In this document: piece after piece, positions 30,000-39,241 of the stretch | Layout: every line of letters begins with the position of its first letter | How positions within the stretch are numbered: the stretch's first letter is position 1 | Assembly (NCBI GenBank): GCA_964575755.1 | Contig: CAZNRH010000003.1 | Coordinates: forward strand, 2,303 to 66,302 | Length of the DNA: 64,000 nt | Direction of reading: 5' to 3' | From: an uncultured Candidatus Saccharibacteria bacterium | Lineage (GTDB): Bacteria > Patescibacteriota > Minisyncoccia > Phycocordibacterales > JABMNX01 | The notes under the pieces: generated by a model | What the model saw: the letters and a program-made list of their open reading frames with translations, nothing else | What the model was told of the DNA's origin: nothing | The model's database searches: none | Made by a program: the position numbers and the translations under genes

Positions 30000-30665
30000 A
30001 TGACACATAACGTACACCCATATTCACATAGACTCGGAATACTTCGCGACTGGAAATCTCGGTGGTTTTCTTCAAACCCACAAGAATATCGTGAGGGTAT
30101 TAAGCTCGATGTAAGTATTCGGGAGTTTTTAACAAAACAACTACGTGGTAAATACGTTAGTTCTATTGAGATGGAACGAAACCAGAAAACACTTCGAGTT
30201 ATTATCAAAACCACCCGACCTGGAATTATTATTGGCAGAAGTGGCGAAGGTAGCGCGAAGATAAAAGCTGACGTTGAAAAGATGACCAAGAAGCTCAGGA
30301 TAGAAGAGCTTCCAGAAATTAAGATTGATATTGAAGAAGTACGATCACCAGAATCAAATGCAGCAATCGTATCTCAAATGATCGCAGAAGGCTTAGAAAA
30401 GCGAATGCCGTTTCGTCGAGTGTTAAAACAGACAGTAGACAAAGTAATGGCAAATCGAGACGTTGAAGGAGTCAGGATTTCTGTAGCAGGACGACTTGGA
30501 GGAACTGAGATGGCGCGACAAGAGCAAATAAAGAAGGGGCGTATTCCACTTCAGACATTTAGGGCAGATATTGATTTTGCACGAGAAAAGGCGTATCTTC
30601 CATACGGTGTAATAGGTATTAAAGTATGGATATATAAGGGTGACGTATTTGATACTAATGAATAA
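30000..30665 (+). CDS. rpsC: 30S ribosomal protein uS3
   Basis: VHP...RLG, RPG.IIG..G, GRL.G.E.AR, PLQT.RADID. Confidence 0.98.
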   Translation: MTHNVHPYSHRLGILRDWKSRWFSSNPQEYREGIKLDVSIREFLTKQLRGKYVSSIEMERNQKTLRVIIKTTRPGIIIGRSGEGSAKIKADVEKMTKKLRIEELPEIKIDIEEVRSPESNAAIVSQMIAEGLEKRMPFRRVLKQTVDKVMANRDVEGVRISVAGRLGGTEMARQEQIKKGRIPLQTFRADIDFAREKAYLPYGVIGIKVWIYKGDVFDTNE

Positions 30666-30670
30666 GGCTT

Positions 30671-31093
30671 ATGTTATTTCCAAAGAAAGTAAAATACAGA
30701 AAATGGCAGACACGCCGTTCAAATAAAAACAAAGTGCACAATGCAACAAGGGGTGTAACCGTAGCATTTGGTTCACACGGTCTTAAAGCTGTTGCTATGA
30801 AGCGGGTTACATCAAACCAAATAGAGGCAGCAAGACGTGTTATTAGCCGAACGTTAGGAAAGACAGGAAAGACGTGGATTCGTATTTTTCCAGACCGACC
30901 AATCACAGCTAAGGCAGCTGAGGTAGGTATGGGTAAAGGAAAAGGAGACTTAAAGCACTATGTTGCTGAAGTACTTCCTGGTCGTATTCTATTTGAAATA
31001 GACGGAGTTGAAGACGATGTGGCTAAAGAAGCTCTTCGAAAAGCTGGAGCAAAACTTCCTCTTAAGACCAAGATAGTAACTAGGCAGGCATAA
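30671..31093 (+). CDS. rplP: 50S ribosomal protein uL16
   Basis: QIEAAR, WIRIFPD.P.T, MGKGKG, KLP. Confidence 0.98.
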   Translation: MLFPKKVKYRKWQTRRSNKNKVHNATRGVTVAFGSHGLKAVAMKRVTSNQIEAARRVISRTLGKTGKTWIRIFPDRPITAKAAEVGMGKGKGDLKHYVAEVLPGRILFEIDGVEDDVAKEALRKAGAKLPLKTKIVTRQA

Positions 31094-31103
31094 TAAAAAA
31101 ATT

Positions 31104-31292
31104 ATGAAAAAAGAACCAGTAATTAAAAGCAAGAGCAGTAAAGATTTAATAAAAACACTTAACGAAAAACGTGAAGAGTTAAGGAAGTTTCGTTTTGGTA
31201 TCTCAGGAAGTAAGACTCGTAATGTAAAAGAAGGAAGAAACACACGAAAAGAGGTCGCAAAGGTTCTCACTGAGTTAAACTCAAGAGTATAA
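31104..31292 (+). CDS. rpmC: 50S ribosomal protein uL29
   Basis: Operon position; EL...RF, RK.VA..LT. Confidence 0.9.
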   Translation: MKKEPVIKSKSSKDLIKTLNEKREELRKFRFGISGSKTRNVKEGRNTRKEVAKVLTELNSRV

Positions 31293-31300
31293 ATAAAAAT

Positions 31301-31582
31301 ATGACTGACAAACAAACAACAAATAAAGAAGTTGAAAGCTCTACTCCAAAAGCTAAGAAAGTATTTAGTGGTACGGTGGTATCTAACAAAATGAAAGACA
31401 CAATAGTTGTCTTGGTATCTAGGTACACAAAGCATCCAAAGTACAAGAAGTTTTTAAAGCGTTCAAAGAAGTTTATGGCGCACGATGCAGGGAACACCAA
31501 GGAGATTGGAGACAAAGTAAATATAGAAGAAGCGCGGCCAATGTCGAAAAACAAGAAGTTCAAACTAGTCGACAGTAAGTAA
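31301..31582 (+). CDS. rpsQ: 30S ribosomal protein uS17
   Basis: G.VVS.KM..TIVV, HPKY.K, AHD, E.RP.SK.K. Confidence 0.97.
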   Translation: MTDKQTTNKEVESSTPKAKKVFSGTVVSNKMKDTIVVLVSRYTKHPKYKKFLKRSKKFMAHDAGNTKEIGDKVNIEEARPMSKNKKFKLVDSK

Positions 31583-31645
31583 CTATTAGTTTATAGTAAC
31601 CACTCATTACCTTAAAGCTGACACCTGTAACCTAAAACCTAGAAC

Positions 31646-32017
31646 ATGATTCAACCACAAACAACAGTAAAAATAACCGACAACTCAGGCGCAAAGATAG
31701 GCGTTGTGTTTAAGGTTCTTGGTGGATCTAAGCGTAGGTATGCTCGTATTGGAGACTTGGTAGTTCTTTCCATAAAATCAGTTGAGCCACGAAAGATGAT
31801 AAAAAAGAAAGAAGTTGTTCGAGGTATTGTAGTACGCCAAAAGCAACCATTCAGACGCAAGGATGGTTCTTATATAAGATTCGACGAGAATGCAGTCGTT
31901 TTAGTTGAAAAGGAGAAGAAAGAACCTAGAGCAGGACGAATCTTTGGTCCAATTCCACGAGAGATTGCAGAAGCTGGATACCAGAAGATTGTTTCTCTTG
32001 CACCAGAGGTTGTATAA
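31646..32017 (+). CDS. rplN: 50S ribosomal protein uL14
   Basis: MIQ, DNSGA, RFDENA.V, RIFGP, SLAPEV. Confidence 0.98.
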   Translation: MIQPQTTVKITDNSGAKIGVVFKVLGGSKRRYARIGDLVVLSIKSVEPRKMIKKKEVVRGIVVRQKQPFRRKDGSYIRFDENAVVLVEKEKKEPRAGRIFGPIPREIAEAGYQKIVSLAPEVV

Positions 32018-32027
32018 AGATATACAT

Positions 32028-32336
32028 ATGAAAATCAAAAAGGATGACAAAGTAATAGTGATTGCAGGGAAAGACCGAGGAAAGAAAGGTAAGGTTCTTC
32101 GAGCACTTCCAAGGGAAGACCGTGTGATAGTCGAAGGTGTTAATGTTGTTAAACGACACCAGAAGGCAACTTCACAGCGCCAGAATGGACAGATTATAGA
32201 CAAGACTCTTCCTATTCATGTTTCAAATGTAATGATTGTTGACCCAAAGACAGGCAAGAGAACACGGATTGGCATCAAAAGAGTAAATGGTAAGTACACA
32301 CGTATCGCAAAAAAGAGTAATACAAAGATTTCATAA
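32028..32336 (+). CDS. rplX: 50S ribosomal protein uL24
   Basis: KOW motif D.V.VIAGKD.GK.G, VEGVN, PIH.SNV. Confidence 0.97.
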   Translation: MKIKKDDKVIVIAGKDRGKKGKVLRALPREDRVIVEGVNVVKRHQKATSQRQNGQIIDKTLPIHVSNVMIVDPKTGKRTRIGIKRVNGKYTRIAKKSNTKIS

Positions 32337-32341
32337 CACGT

Positions 32342-32875
32342 ATGTCATTAACAAAAGAAAAACAAAATAGTATTTTTGGCTCTATTAAAGAGAAGTTAAA
32401 CTACACAAACGTTTCTCAGTCACCAAAGATTGAAAAAGTCTCCGTGTCTGTTGGAGTTGGCTCAATAAAGGATAAAAAGAAAATAGAGACAATTATAGAT
32501 CGACTTACAAAAATAACAGGACAAAAGCCTTCTGCCTGCCCTGCAAAGAAGTCAATCGCTACATTTAAGCTTCGAGAAGGAGACGTTATTGGATACCAGG
32601 TGACACTGCGTGGTTCACGTATGTATGATTTTCTTGATAAGCTCATCCATGTTGCACTTCCAAGAACTCGTGACTTTAGGGGAATTAAACTTTCATCAAT
32701 AGATGAGATGGGTAATATTTCTATCGGGATTAAAGAGCATACAATATTCCCAGAGACTTCAGATGAAGAGCTAAGGAATGTATTTGGAATGAGTATTACT
32801 ATTACAACTTCATCTAGTACGAGAGAAGAGACTGAGGCTTTGTTACGCGGCATACAATTCCCACTTCAGAAATAA
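32342..32875 (+). CDS. rplE: 50S ribosomal protein uL5
   Basis: ITGQKP, AKKSIA.FKLREG, VTLRG, LPR.RDFRG. Confidence 0.98.
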   Translation: MSLTKEKQNSIFGSIKEKLNYTNVSQSPKIEKVSVSVGVGSIKDKKKIETIIDRLTKITGQKPSACPAKKSIATFKLREGDVIGYQVTLRGSRMYDFLDKLIHVALPRTRDFRGIKLSSIDEMGNISIGIKEHTIFPETSDEELRNVFGMSITITTSSSTREETEALLRGIQFPLQK

Positions 32876-32992
32876 AACCCCATTTTAAGCGAATTACTTC
32901 GTTGTGTTCGCGAAAATATTGTTCACAATACGCTTGTATTGCTCTCAATATTTTCGCTCCACAGCCTCGTACTTCATCTTAAAATGGGGTTT
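32873..32992 (+). mobile_element. stop-codon-anchored hairpin element, copy 5 (after rplE)
   Basis: Perfect 15-bp IR AAACCCCATTTTAAG/CTTAAAATGGGGTTT; inner GCGAAAATATTG/CAATATTTTCGC. Confidence 0.75.
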
Positions 32993-32997
32993 CTGGG

Positions 32998-33453
32998 ATG
33001 TTTGATAAAGCGATTCGTGCTCTTTCAAAAGAAGAAAATGATTCAAGTTATATATCAGATGTACACGTTGTATTTTGGGGTGATATAAAAAATGAGGGAT
33101 ATAATCACTTAAGAGAAATATTAGAAAAGGAGTATAAAATAAATAAAAAATTTAAAGAAAAGATTCTTTACTTTGTAAATAAATACGTTGAATTTAGAGA
33201 GGCTGAAGTCTCTGAAGGAGACAAAGATAAGCTCGCTGGTTATATCATAAGCGAACTACCGACTCTGTTAGGTGGAGTTTTGTGGAACAACACTTTATAT
33301 GATCTTGTTCTTTATCCAACATATGTAGATAGTGGAATGAGTCAATTCGTTTTAGATATACGAGGAGGTAAATATTTCGATTCTTCAAAACTTCTCTTGA
33401 GACAGCTCAATACTCTTGTGGAAGATTATCTGGAAAAGCCCAAGTTATCCTGA
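32998..33453 (+). pseudogene. probable C-terminal fragment of a cyclodipeptide-synthase-like protein
   Basis: YIISELP matches the CDPS YxxxExP motif, with a later LYP; no N-terminal half, and the ORF abuts the hairpin element. Confidence 0.5.
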
Positions 33454-33488
33454 AAAATAAGTCTATATAGACTAGTAAACAACCATTT

Positions 33489-33536
33489 CAAGCCATTTTA
33501 AATGCCCCAGGTGGTTGGGGCATTTAAAATGGCTTG
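33489..33536. repeat. long hairpin of the AATGCCCCAGGT family
   Basis: CAAGCCATTTTAAATGCCCCA-ggtggt-TGGGGCATTTAAAATGGCTTG. Confidence 0.85.
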
Positions 33537-33583
33537 TTTTGTGGCAAAAGTTGCTTAAAACCCTTTTAGAACAAGAGTTTTAT

Positions 33584-33612
33584 TTGACTTTAGGCGCTTC
33601 AACTGATAATAT
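33584..33612 (+). promoter_or_regulatory. promoter re-starting transcription at S14
   Basis: TTGACT-17-TAATAT with extended TG. Confidence 0.65.
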
Positions 33613-33658
33613 GTGCCAAGCGTTTCAAAGCGCTTTTTTAATTAGCTATATATAATTC

Positions 33659-33844
33659 ATGGCAAAGAAATCAGTAATAGCTCGGTCACAAAAGACCCCA
33701 AAGTTTAAGTCACGTGTTGTGCGGCGATGTTTTCGTTGTGGGCGTACTCATGGGTATATGAGAGATTTCGACCTTTGTCGTATATGTTTTAGAGAACAAG
33801 CAAATGACGGAAATTTACCAGGAATCAAAAAAGCATCATGGTAA
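33659..33844 (+). CDS. rpsZ: 30S ribosomal protein uS14, zinc-binding type Z
   Basis: 61 aa, [20 protein letters not shown]. Confidence 0.97.
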   Translation: MAKKSVIARSQKTPKFKSRVVRRCFRCGRTHGYMRDFDLCRICFREQANDGNLPGIKKASW

Positions 33845-34233
33845 CAGACACAGTAGGAGATTTCATAATAAGACTTAAAAATGCATCCATAATGAAAAAG
33901 GATGTTGTGAGTACTCCGTATTCAAAATTACGATTTGCAGTTGCTCAGTCATTACAGAAAAATGGATATATCAAATCAGTAAACAAAAAAGGTAAAAAAA
34001 TAGAAAAAACTATTGAGGTTGAATTAGCCTACGATAAAGACAACAAATCAGTCATTACTGATGTTAAGCGTGTGTCTAGTCCAGGACGCCGAACATACTA
34101 CGGTACTAAAGATATACAGCCAGTAAAGTATGGAAGAGGCTCTCTTATCCTTTCAACACCAAAGGGTATTTTGACAGACAAGGAGGCTAAGAAAGAAAAC
34201 GTTGGAGGTGAAGCGTTGTTTAAAATTTGGTAA
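33838..34233 (+). CDS. rpsH: 30S ribosomal protein uS8
   Basis: D...D...R.KNA, RVS.PG.R.Y, STPKG, GGE. Confidence 0.97.
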   Translation: MVTDTVGDFIIRLKNASIMKKDVVSTPYSKLRFAVAQSLQKNGYIKSVNKKGKKIEKTIEVELAYDKDNKSVITDVKRVSSPGRRTYYGTKDIQPVKYGRGSLILSTPKGILTDKEAKKENVGGEALFKIW

Positions 34234-34239
34234 ACAGAT

Positions 34240-34776
34240 ATGTCACGTATAGGTAAACAAAAAATAAGTATTCCAGAAAAGACAGAAGTAACTGTTTCTG
34301 GTAATTCTGTTTCTGTGAAGGGTCCTCTTGGAGAACTTACAAAAGATCTTCATGAAGCTATTACAGTGAGCGTTGATAACAACGAAGTAGTAGTTTCCCC
34401 TGTTAGTAATACGATACAAGCAAGAGCTTTGTGGGGAACATATGCTTCTCACATAAAGAGCATGATAGAGGGAGTAAACAAGGTATTCGAAAAAAAGCTT
34501 ATCGTAGAAGGAATTGGATATAAAGTAAATCTTTCCGGAAAGAATCTAGAGCTTATAGTAGGTTTTTCTCATCCAGTAATTCTTACTCTTCCAGAAGGAA
34601 TCAATGTTGTTGTTGAAAAAAACAACATATCAATATCAGGTTCTGATAAACAAATAGTTGGACAATTTACTGCAGAGATTCGAGACGTAAAGAGACCAGA
34701 GCCTTACAAAGGTAAGGGAATACGATATGAAGATGAAATAGTTCGCCGAAAACAAGGTAAGAAGACTGTAGGATAA
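34240..34776 (+). CDS. rplF: 50S ribosomal protein uL6
   Basis: [27 protein letters not shown]. Confidence 0.98.
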   Translation: MSRIGKQKISIPEKTEVTVSGNSVSVKGPLGELTKDLHEAITVSVDNNEVVVSPVSNTIQARALWGTYASHIKSMIEGVNKVFEKKLIVEGIGYKVNLSGKNLELIVGFSHPVILTLPEGINVVVEKNNISISGSDKQIVGQFTAEIRDVKRPEPYKGKGIRYEDEIVRRKQGKKTVG

Positions 34777-34795
34777 GAATAGTAGAATAAAAAAT

Positions 34796-35143
34796 ATGTT
34801 AAGTAATATAAAAAAAATAAGACGACAAAGGAGACATAATCGCGTACGAGCGAAGATTTCCGGCACAGATACCACTCCACGGTTGTCTGTATTCAAGTCT
34901 AATACACGTATTACTGCGCAGGTTATTAATGATGAAAAGGGTGAGACTATCGCATCTTCTTCCACTACAGATTTTAAAAAAGGAACTCTTAAAGACAAAG
35001 CAGTAGAGGTGGGAAAGAAGATTGCACAAGACGTAAAAGGTAAAAAAATAGAGAAGGTCGTATTTGATAGAGGAGGATTTCTATACACAGGGAACATTAA
35101 AGCACTTGCTGACAGCGCAAGAGAAGGCGGGTTAAAGTTTTAA
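34796..35143 (+). CDS. rplR: 50S ribosomal protein uL18
   Basis: PRLSVF.SN, AQ.I.D, VFDRGG..Y.G, AR..GL.F. Confidence 0.97.
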   Translation: MLSNIKKIRRQRRHNRVRAKISGTDTTPRLSVFKSNTRITAQVINDEKGETIASSSTTDFKKGTLKDKAVEVGKKIAQDVKGKKIEKVVFDRGGFLYTGNIKALADSAREGGLKF

Positions 35144-35160
35144 TATAATTTTTAATACAT

Positions 35161-35766
35161 ATGACAGAAGAAACACTACAAAAGAAAACGACTGAACCAA
35201 AGAGCGATGTAACACCAAAGACACCAGCAACATCTACGAGTACAGATAAGCCTCCTGCAAGTACTCCTGCAAGAAACACAGGCTTCAGGAAAAATACTCG
35301 TAGAATAGTTCGTAGACAAGATAGAGCTCGTTCAGAGTTCACTCAAAAGATCATCAGTATCCGCCGAGTTACTCGTGTTATGGCAGGTGGGCGACGTTTT
35401 GGTTTTTCAGTAGCAATGGTTCTAGGAGATCAGAAGGGGCGTGTTGGAATAGGTACTGGCAAGGCAACAGACACAGCACTTGCGATTGAGAAGGCTATCC
35501 GACAAGCAAAGAAAAACATGATTAAGATAAATACTACGAAAGAAATGAGTATTGCTCATGACGTAAACATGAAGTACGGTGCATCTGTTATTCAGATAAT
35601 TCCGGCGAAAGGACGAGGTCTTGTTGCAGGTAGTTCAGTAAGGACAATTCTCGAGCTTGCAGGAATCAAAGATGTAACAGCAAAGATTTTCTCACGAAGC
35701 AAGAACAAGCTTAATAATGCACAAGCTACCATCAATGCGCTTAAACAATTGAAAGTTGAAAACTAA
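35161..35766 (+). CDS. rpsE: 30S ribosomal protein uS5
   Basis: RVT.V..GGRRF.F, GD..G.VG.G.GKA, LELAG. Confidence 0.97.
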   Translation: MTEETLQKKTTEPKSDVTPKTPATSTSTDKPPASTPARNTGFRKNTRRIVRRQDRARSEFTQKIISIRRVTRVMAGGRRFGFSVAMVLGDQKGRVGIGTGKATDTALAIEKAIRQAKKNMIKINTTKEMSIAHDVNMKYGASVIQIIPAKGRGLVAGSSVRTILELAGIKDVTAKIFSRSKNKLNNAQATINALKQLKVEN

Positions 35767-35770
35767 AAAC

Positions 35771-36220
35771 ATGCAATTAAACGATTTAAAACAAAAGACA
35801 AAACGAATAACAAAAAAGCGAATTGGTCGCGGTGGTCTTCGAGGTAAAACATCTGGACGTGGACACAAGGGTCAAAAAGCGCGTGCCGGACATTCACTTC
35901 GCCCAGAATGGCGAGATATAATCAAAAGGCTTCCAAAGCTACGTGGACACGGCAAGAACAGAGCTCGAACAATTAATAGTTCTGTTGTTAAACCTACACC
36001 AGTAAATCTAGCTATTTTAGAGGCGACATTCTCAGACGGTGAGGTAGTTACCCCAACTGTTTTGTTTGATAAGAACATTGTTTCTCGTGTAGATGGTAAG
36101 ATGCCTAAAGTAAAAATTCTTGGTCTAGGATCTATTTCCAAGAAAGTATCAATTGAAGAGTGTCTTGTCTCAAAGACTGCAAAAGAGGCGATAGAAAAAG
36201 CAGGTGGAAGTATAAAATAA
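35771..36220 (+). CDS. rplO: 50S ribosomal protein uL15
   Basis: R.GRG..GKTSGRGHKGQKARAG, PK..G, KILG.G, IE.AGG. Confidence 0.96.
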   Translation: MQLNDLKQKTKRITKKRIGRGGLRGKTSGRGHKGQKARAGHSLRPEWRDIIKRLPKLRGHGKNRARTINSSVVKPTPVNLAILEATFSDGEVVTPTVLFDKNIVSRVDGKMPKVKILGLGSISKKVSIEECLVSKTAKEAIEKAGGSIK

Positions 36221-36233
36221 AGATATAAAAATC

Positions 36234-37508
36234 ATGTTTTCTTCATTTTTAAATAAAGTAAGACTAGTTATAAAAGACAGCACCCTACGTAAGAGATTAC
36301 TTTTTGTAATTTTTGCACTTCTAATATTCCGAGCACTTGCTGCAATCCCAATTCCAGGTGTTGATATTCTTCAACTTGAAAACTTTTTTGCAAACAATCA
36401 GTTTTTAGGACTTCTTAATATTTTCTCAGGAGGTGGGTTGGCAAACCTTTCTATCGTTATGCTTGGAGTAGGGCCATATATTACAGCGTCCATTATTATG
36501 CAATTACTTACTATTATGTCACCTAAGCTTAAGGCGATGTATCAAGAAGACGGTGAGGCAGGGCGGAAGAAATTTTCACAATATTCACGATTACTGACAA
36601 TACCACTTGCCTTTGTTCAAGGGTTTAGTTTCTACGTATTATTACAACGACAAGGTATTATTATTGACTCTGGTCTTATAAGCACTGTAACCAACGTTAT
36701 GGTTATCGCAGCTGGTTCTATATTCTTAATGTGGATTGGTGAGCTTATTTCAGAGTTTGGTATAGGCAACGGAGTCTCACTTATTATATTTGCAGGTATT
36801 GTAGCAAGTCTACCAACGACCATAAGCCAGTTGGCATTTTCATTTGATATCGTTCAACTTCCTTTGTATATAGGATTTATTCTCGTGGGTATATTGATTA
36901 CAGCAGGTGTTGTAGTTGTCACAGAAGCAGAGAGGCCGATACCGATTACGTATGCTCGTCGTGTACGAGGAGCAAAAGTATATGGCGGCATCTCAACATA
37001 CCTTCCTATTCGAGTTAATCAGGCTGGTGTTATTCCAATTATCTTCGCACTATCAATACTCCTATTTCCACAGATGATTTTTACATTCTTAGCTAACCTT
37101 AATATAGCAATAGTAAGCTCAGTATCTTCTGCAATAGTCACGGGGCTTTCAAATCAGCTTGTCTACGCGATACTGTATTTCTTACTCGTATTCATGTTTA
37201 CATATTTTTATACAGCAGTTACGTTTGATCCAGACACAATTTCTAAAAATCTTCAAAAGAGTGGAGCGTTTATTCCAGGTGTTCGTCCAGGTAATATGAC
37301 CTCAACATATATAGCTAAAATACTCACTCGGTTAACATTAGTAGGCGCTTTATTCTTAGGATGTATCGCAGTATTACCTCTTGGTATGCAAGCAATTACG
37401 GGCATAACAGCGCTTGCTATTGGTGGTACAGCGCTTTTGATTGCGGTATCAGTAGTTCTCGACTTGGTTAAAAAGATTGATGCACAGATTGCAATGCGTG
37501 AATATTAA
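36234..37508 (+). CDS. secY: preprotein translocase subunit SecY
   Basis: LGV.PYITASIIMQLL, GIGNG.SLIIF.GI, GVIP.IFA, FIPG.RPG, GGT.LLI.V.V. Confidence 0.99.
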   Translation: MFSSFLNKVRLVIKDSTLRKRLLFVIFALLIFRALAAIPIPGVDILQLENFFANNQFLGLLNIFSGGGLANLSIVMLGVGPYITASIIMQLLTIMSPKLKAMYQEDGEAGRKKFSQYSRLLTIPLAFVQGFSFYVLLQRQGIIIDSGLISTVTNVMVIAAGSIFLMWIGELISEFGIGNGVSLIIFAGIVASLPTTISQLAFSFDIVQLPLYIGFILVGILITAGVVVVTEAERPIPITYARRVRGAKVYGGISTYLPIRVNQAGVIPIIFALSILLFPQMIFTFLANLNIAIVSSVSSAIVTGLSNQLVYAILYFLLVFMFTYFYTAVTFDPDTISKNLQKSGAFIPGVRPGNMTSTYIAKILTRLTLVGALFLGCIAVLPLGMQAITGITALAIGGTALLIAVSVVLDLVKKIDAQIAMREY

Positions 37509-37523
37509 GACTCCAAAATTTGC

Positions 37524-37644
37524 TAAAACTCCTAAAATTGACCCAGAGCTTCGTCAGTTACGAAAAAAGTTTTCTCACCGTATGTTCATACGGCTCAAAA
37601 ACTTTTTTCTTACTTTCTCGCCCTGAATCAATTTAATGAGTTTA
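37524..37644 (+). mobile_element. hairpin element, copy 6 (15 nt after the secY stop)
   Basis: AAACTC..AAATTGA ... TCAATTT..GAGTTT; inner GAAAAAAGTTTT/AAAACTTTTTTC; CTCAC-CGTATG-TT-CATACG-GCTC. Confidence 0.7.
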
Positions 37645-37705
37645 TGTCCCTTCGTTTGGCGTTCAATTTTTAAACAGTGGAGATGAATAAGGTATACTAG
37701 ATATC

Positions 37706-38272
37706 ATGTTAAATACATTTGTCATAACAGGGCGTCCTGGTTCAGGGAAGTCCGCACAAGCAAAATTACTTTCTAAAAAAACAGGTTTTAGATTTTTTTC
37801 TCCTGGGAACCGATACCGTGAGATAGCTACACAGGAGAACATATTTGGTAAAAAGATAAAAGAAATCATAGATGGAGGGCACCTAGGTCCCTATTGGCTC
37901 TCGGCCTATTTATTTCAAGAAGTAATTTTAAATATAGATGATACAGAGGGGATAATTTTTGAAGGAATTGGGAGAAAAGAAGAGGAAGCAAAAATGTTTG
38001 ACGAAGTTATGGGATGGCTTGATCGTGACTACAAAGTTCTCGATGTTTCGGTGGATGAAGAAGAAATCACTAAACGGCTGACACTCCGTCGCAATACAGA
38101 ATCTAGAGAAGATGATGACCCTGAAGATATTCCGGTGCGTATTAAAGAATATGACGCACATACATTACCAGCAATAAATTTTTTCAAATCAGTTGGAAAG
38201 TATACTGAAATCAATGGAGAGCAAAGTATAGATGAGGTACACCAAGAAATTTTACAAAGACTAAGCATTTAA
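37706..38272 (+). CDS. adk: adenylate kinase (short LID)
   Basis: G.PGSGKS.Q, R.DD, ING.Q....V; position after secY. Confidence 0.85.
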   Translation: MLNTFVITGRPGSGKSAQAKLLSKKTGFRFFSPGNRYREIATQENIFGKKIKEIIDGGHLGPYWLSAYLFQEVILNIDDTEGIIFEGIGRKEEEAKMFDEVMGWLDRDYKVLDVSVDEEEITKRLTLRRNTESREDDDPEDIPVRIKEYDAHTLPAINFFKSVGKYTEINGEQSIDEVHQEILQRLSI

Positions 38273-38330
38273 TTTTTCAATTTTTGCTTAATTCTTAATT
38301 CTTAATTCATTATTCCTAATTCATAACAGT

Positions 38331-39095
38331 ATGTTAGCACATGAGGAAGATAAAGAAGCATTACGCACAGCAGGAGAACACTTAGGAACAATACTTAAAA
38401 CACTTGCGGGTTTAGCAAAACCAGGAGTGTCAGTTGCGTCGTTAGATGAAAAAGCAAAAGAGATGATGGACGAATATGGAGACAAGCCAGCCCTTTTAGG
38501 ATACAAGCCACAGGGAGCACCTCGAGCATATCCAGCCACATTGTGCATAGCGGTTAACGATATTGTTGTGCACGGTATTCCGACTGAGCAAAACACCGTA
38601 CTTCAAGAGGGGGATATTATAGGTCTTGATACTACGCTAGTTCATGGCAAATATATAGTAGACAGTGGCATAACCGTACCTGTTGGTAATGTAAGCAAAG
38701 AAGCCACAAAGCTCATACAAGTGACCAGAGAGGCCTTATATATAGGTATAGAGCAGGCGAGGATAGGGAATACCGTAGGAGATATAGGGCACGCAATAGA
38801 AACATATGTAAAACCATATAAATATGGGATAGTGCGCGAGCTGTGTGGGCACGGAGTGGGTAATAAAGTTCATGAAGAGCCATCTATCCCAAACTACGGC
38901 AAGGCTGGAGAGGGGGATGTCTTAAAAGAAGGTATGGTTATCGCGATAGAGCCAATGTTTAACATAGGAAGCGAAGAAGTTATTTTTGAGGATGACGGGT
39001 TTACTGTCAGAACAGCAGACGGGTCATTAAGTGCGCACTTTGAACACACTCTTGTTATAACTAAAGACGGACCGGAAATTTTTACGGAAGTTTAA
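38331..39095 (+). CDS. map: methionine aminopeptidase type I
   Basis: C..VN..VVHGIP, GHGVG..HE.P, AIEPM, SAHFEHT. Confidence 0.97.
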   Translation: MLAHEEDKEALRTAGEHLGTILKTLAGLAKPGVSVASLDEKAKEMMDEYGDKPALLGYKPQGAPRAYPATLCIAVNDIVVHGIPTEQNTVLQEGDIIGLDTTLVHGKYIVDSGITVPVGNVSKEATKLIQVTREALYIGIEQARIGNTVGDIGHAIETYVKPYKYGIVRELCGHGVGNKVHEEPSIPNYGKAGEGDVLKEGMVIAIEPMFNIGSEEVIFEDDGFTVRTADGSLSAHFEHTLVITKDGPEIFTEV

Positions 39096-39141
39096 AGCGA
39101 GCTAGAAAGTTAGAAGTTTATAAAATAGAAAGAAAAGATTA

Positions 39142-39174
39142 GGCCATATAATCCCTTCGAGGAATTATATGGCC
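39142..39174. terminator. hairpin terminator shared by map and the convergent small ORF
   Basis: GGCCATATAAT...ATTATATGGCC. Confidence 0.7.
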
Positions 39175-39181
39175 GTTGTAA

Positions 39182-39241
39182 CTAGTCGCTTTTATATGGA
39201 TTGATATCAAGCGATCCGCAACCAATGTTGTTTAGTTTCAT
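39182..39241 (-). CDS. candidate 19-aa small protein MKLNNIGCGSLDINPYKSD
   Basis: Minus strand TTGAAT-17-TAATAT promoter, AAAGGAGGTGAT SD, ATG, TAG, terminator. Confidence 0.55.
   Translation of the reverse strand: MKLNNIGCGSLDINPYKSD

Noticed and set aside
35766-35771. Missing rpmD (uL30) as a novelty
   Set aside because: Absence of uL30 is an established CPR trait; used only as a taxonomic clue
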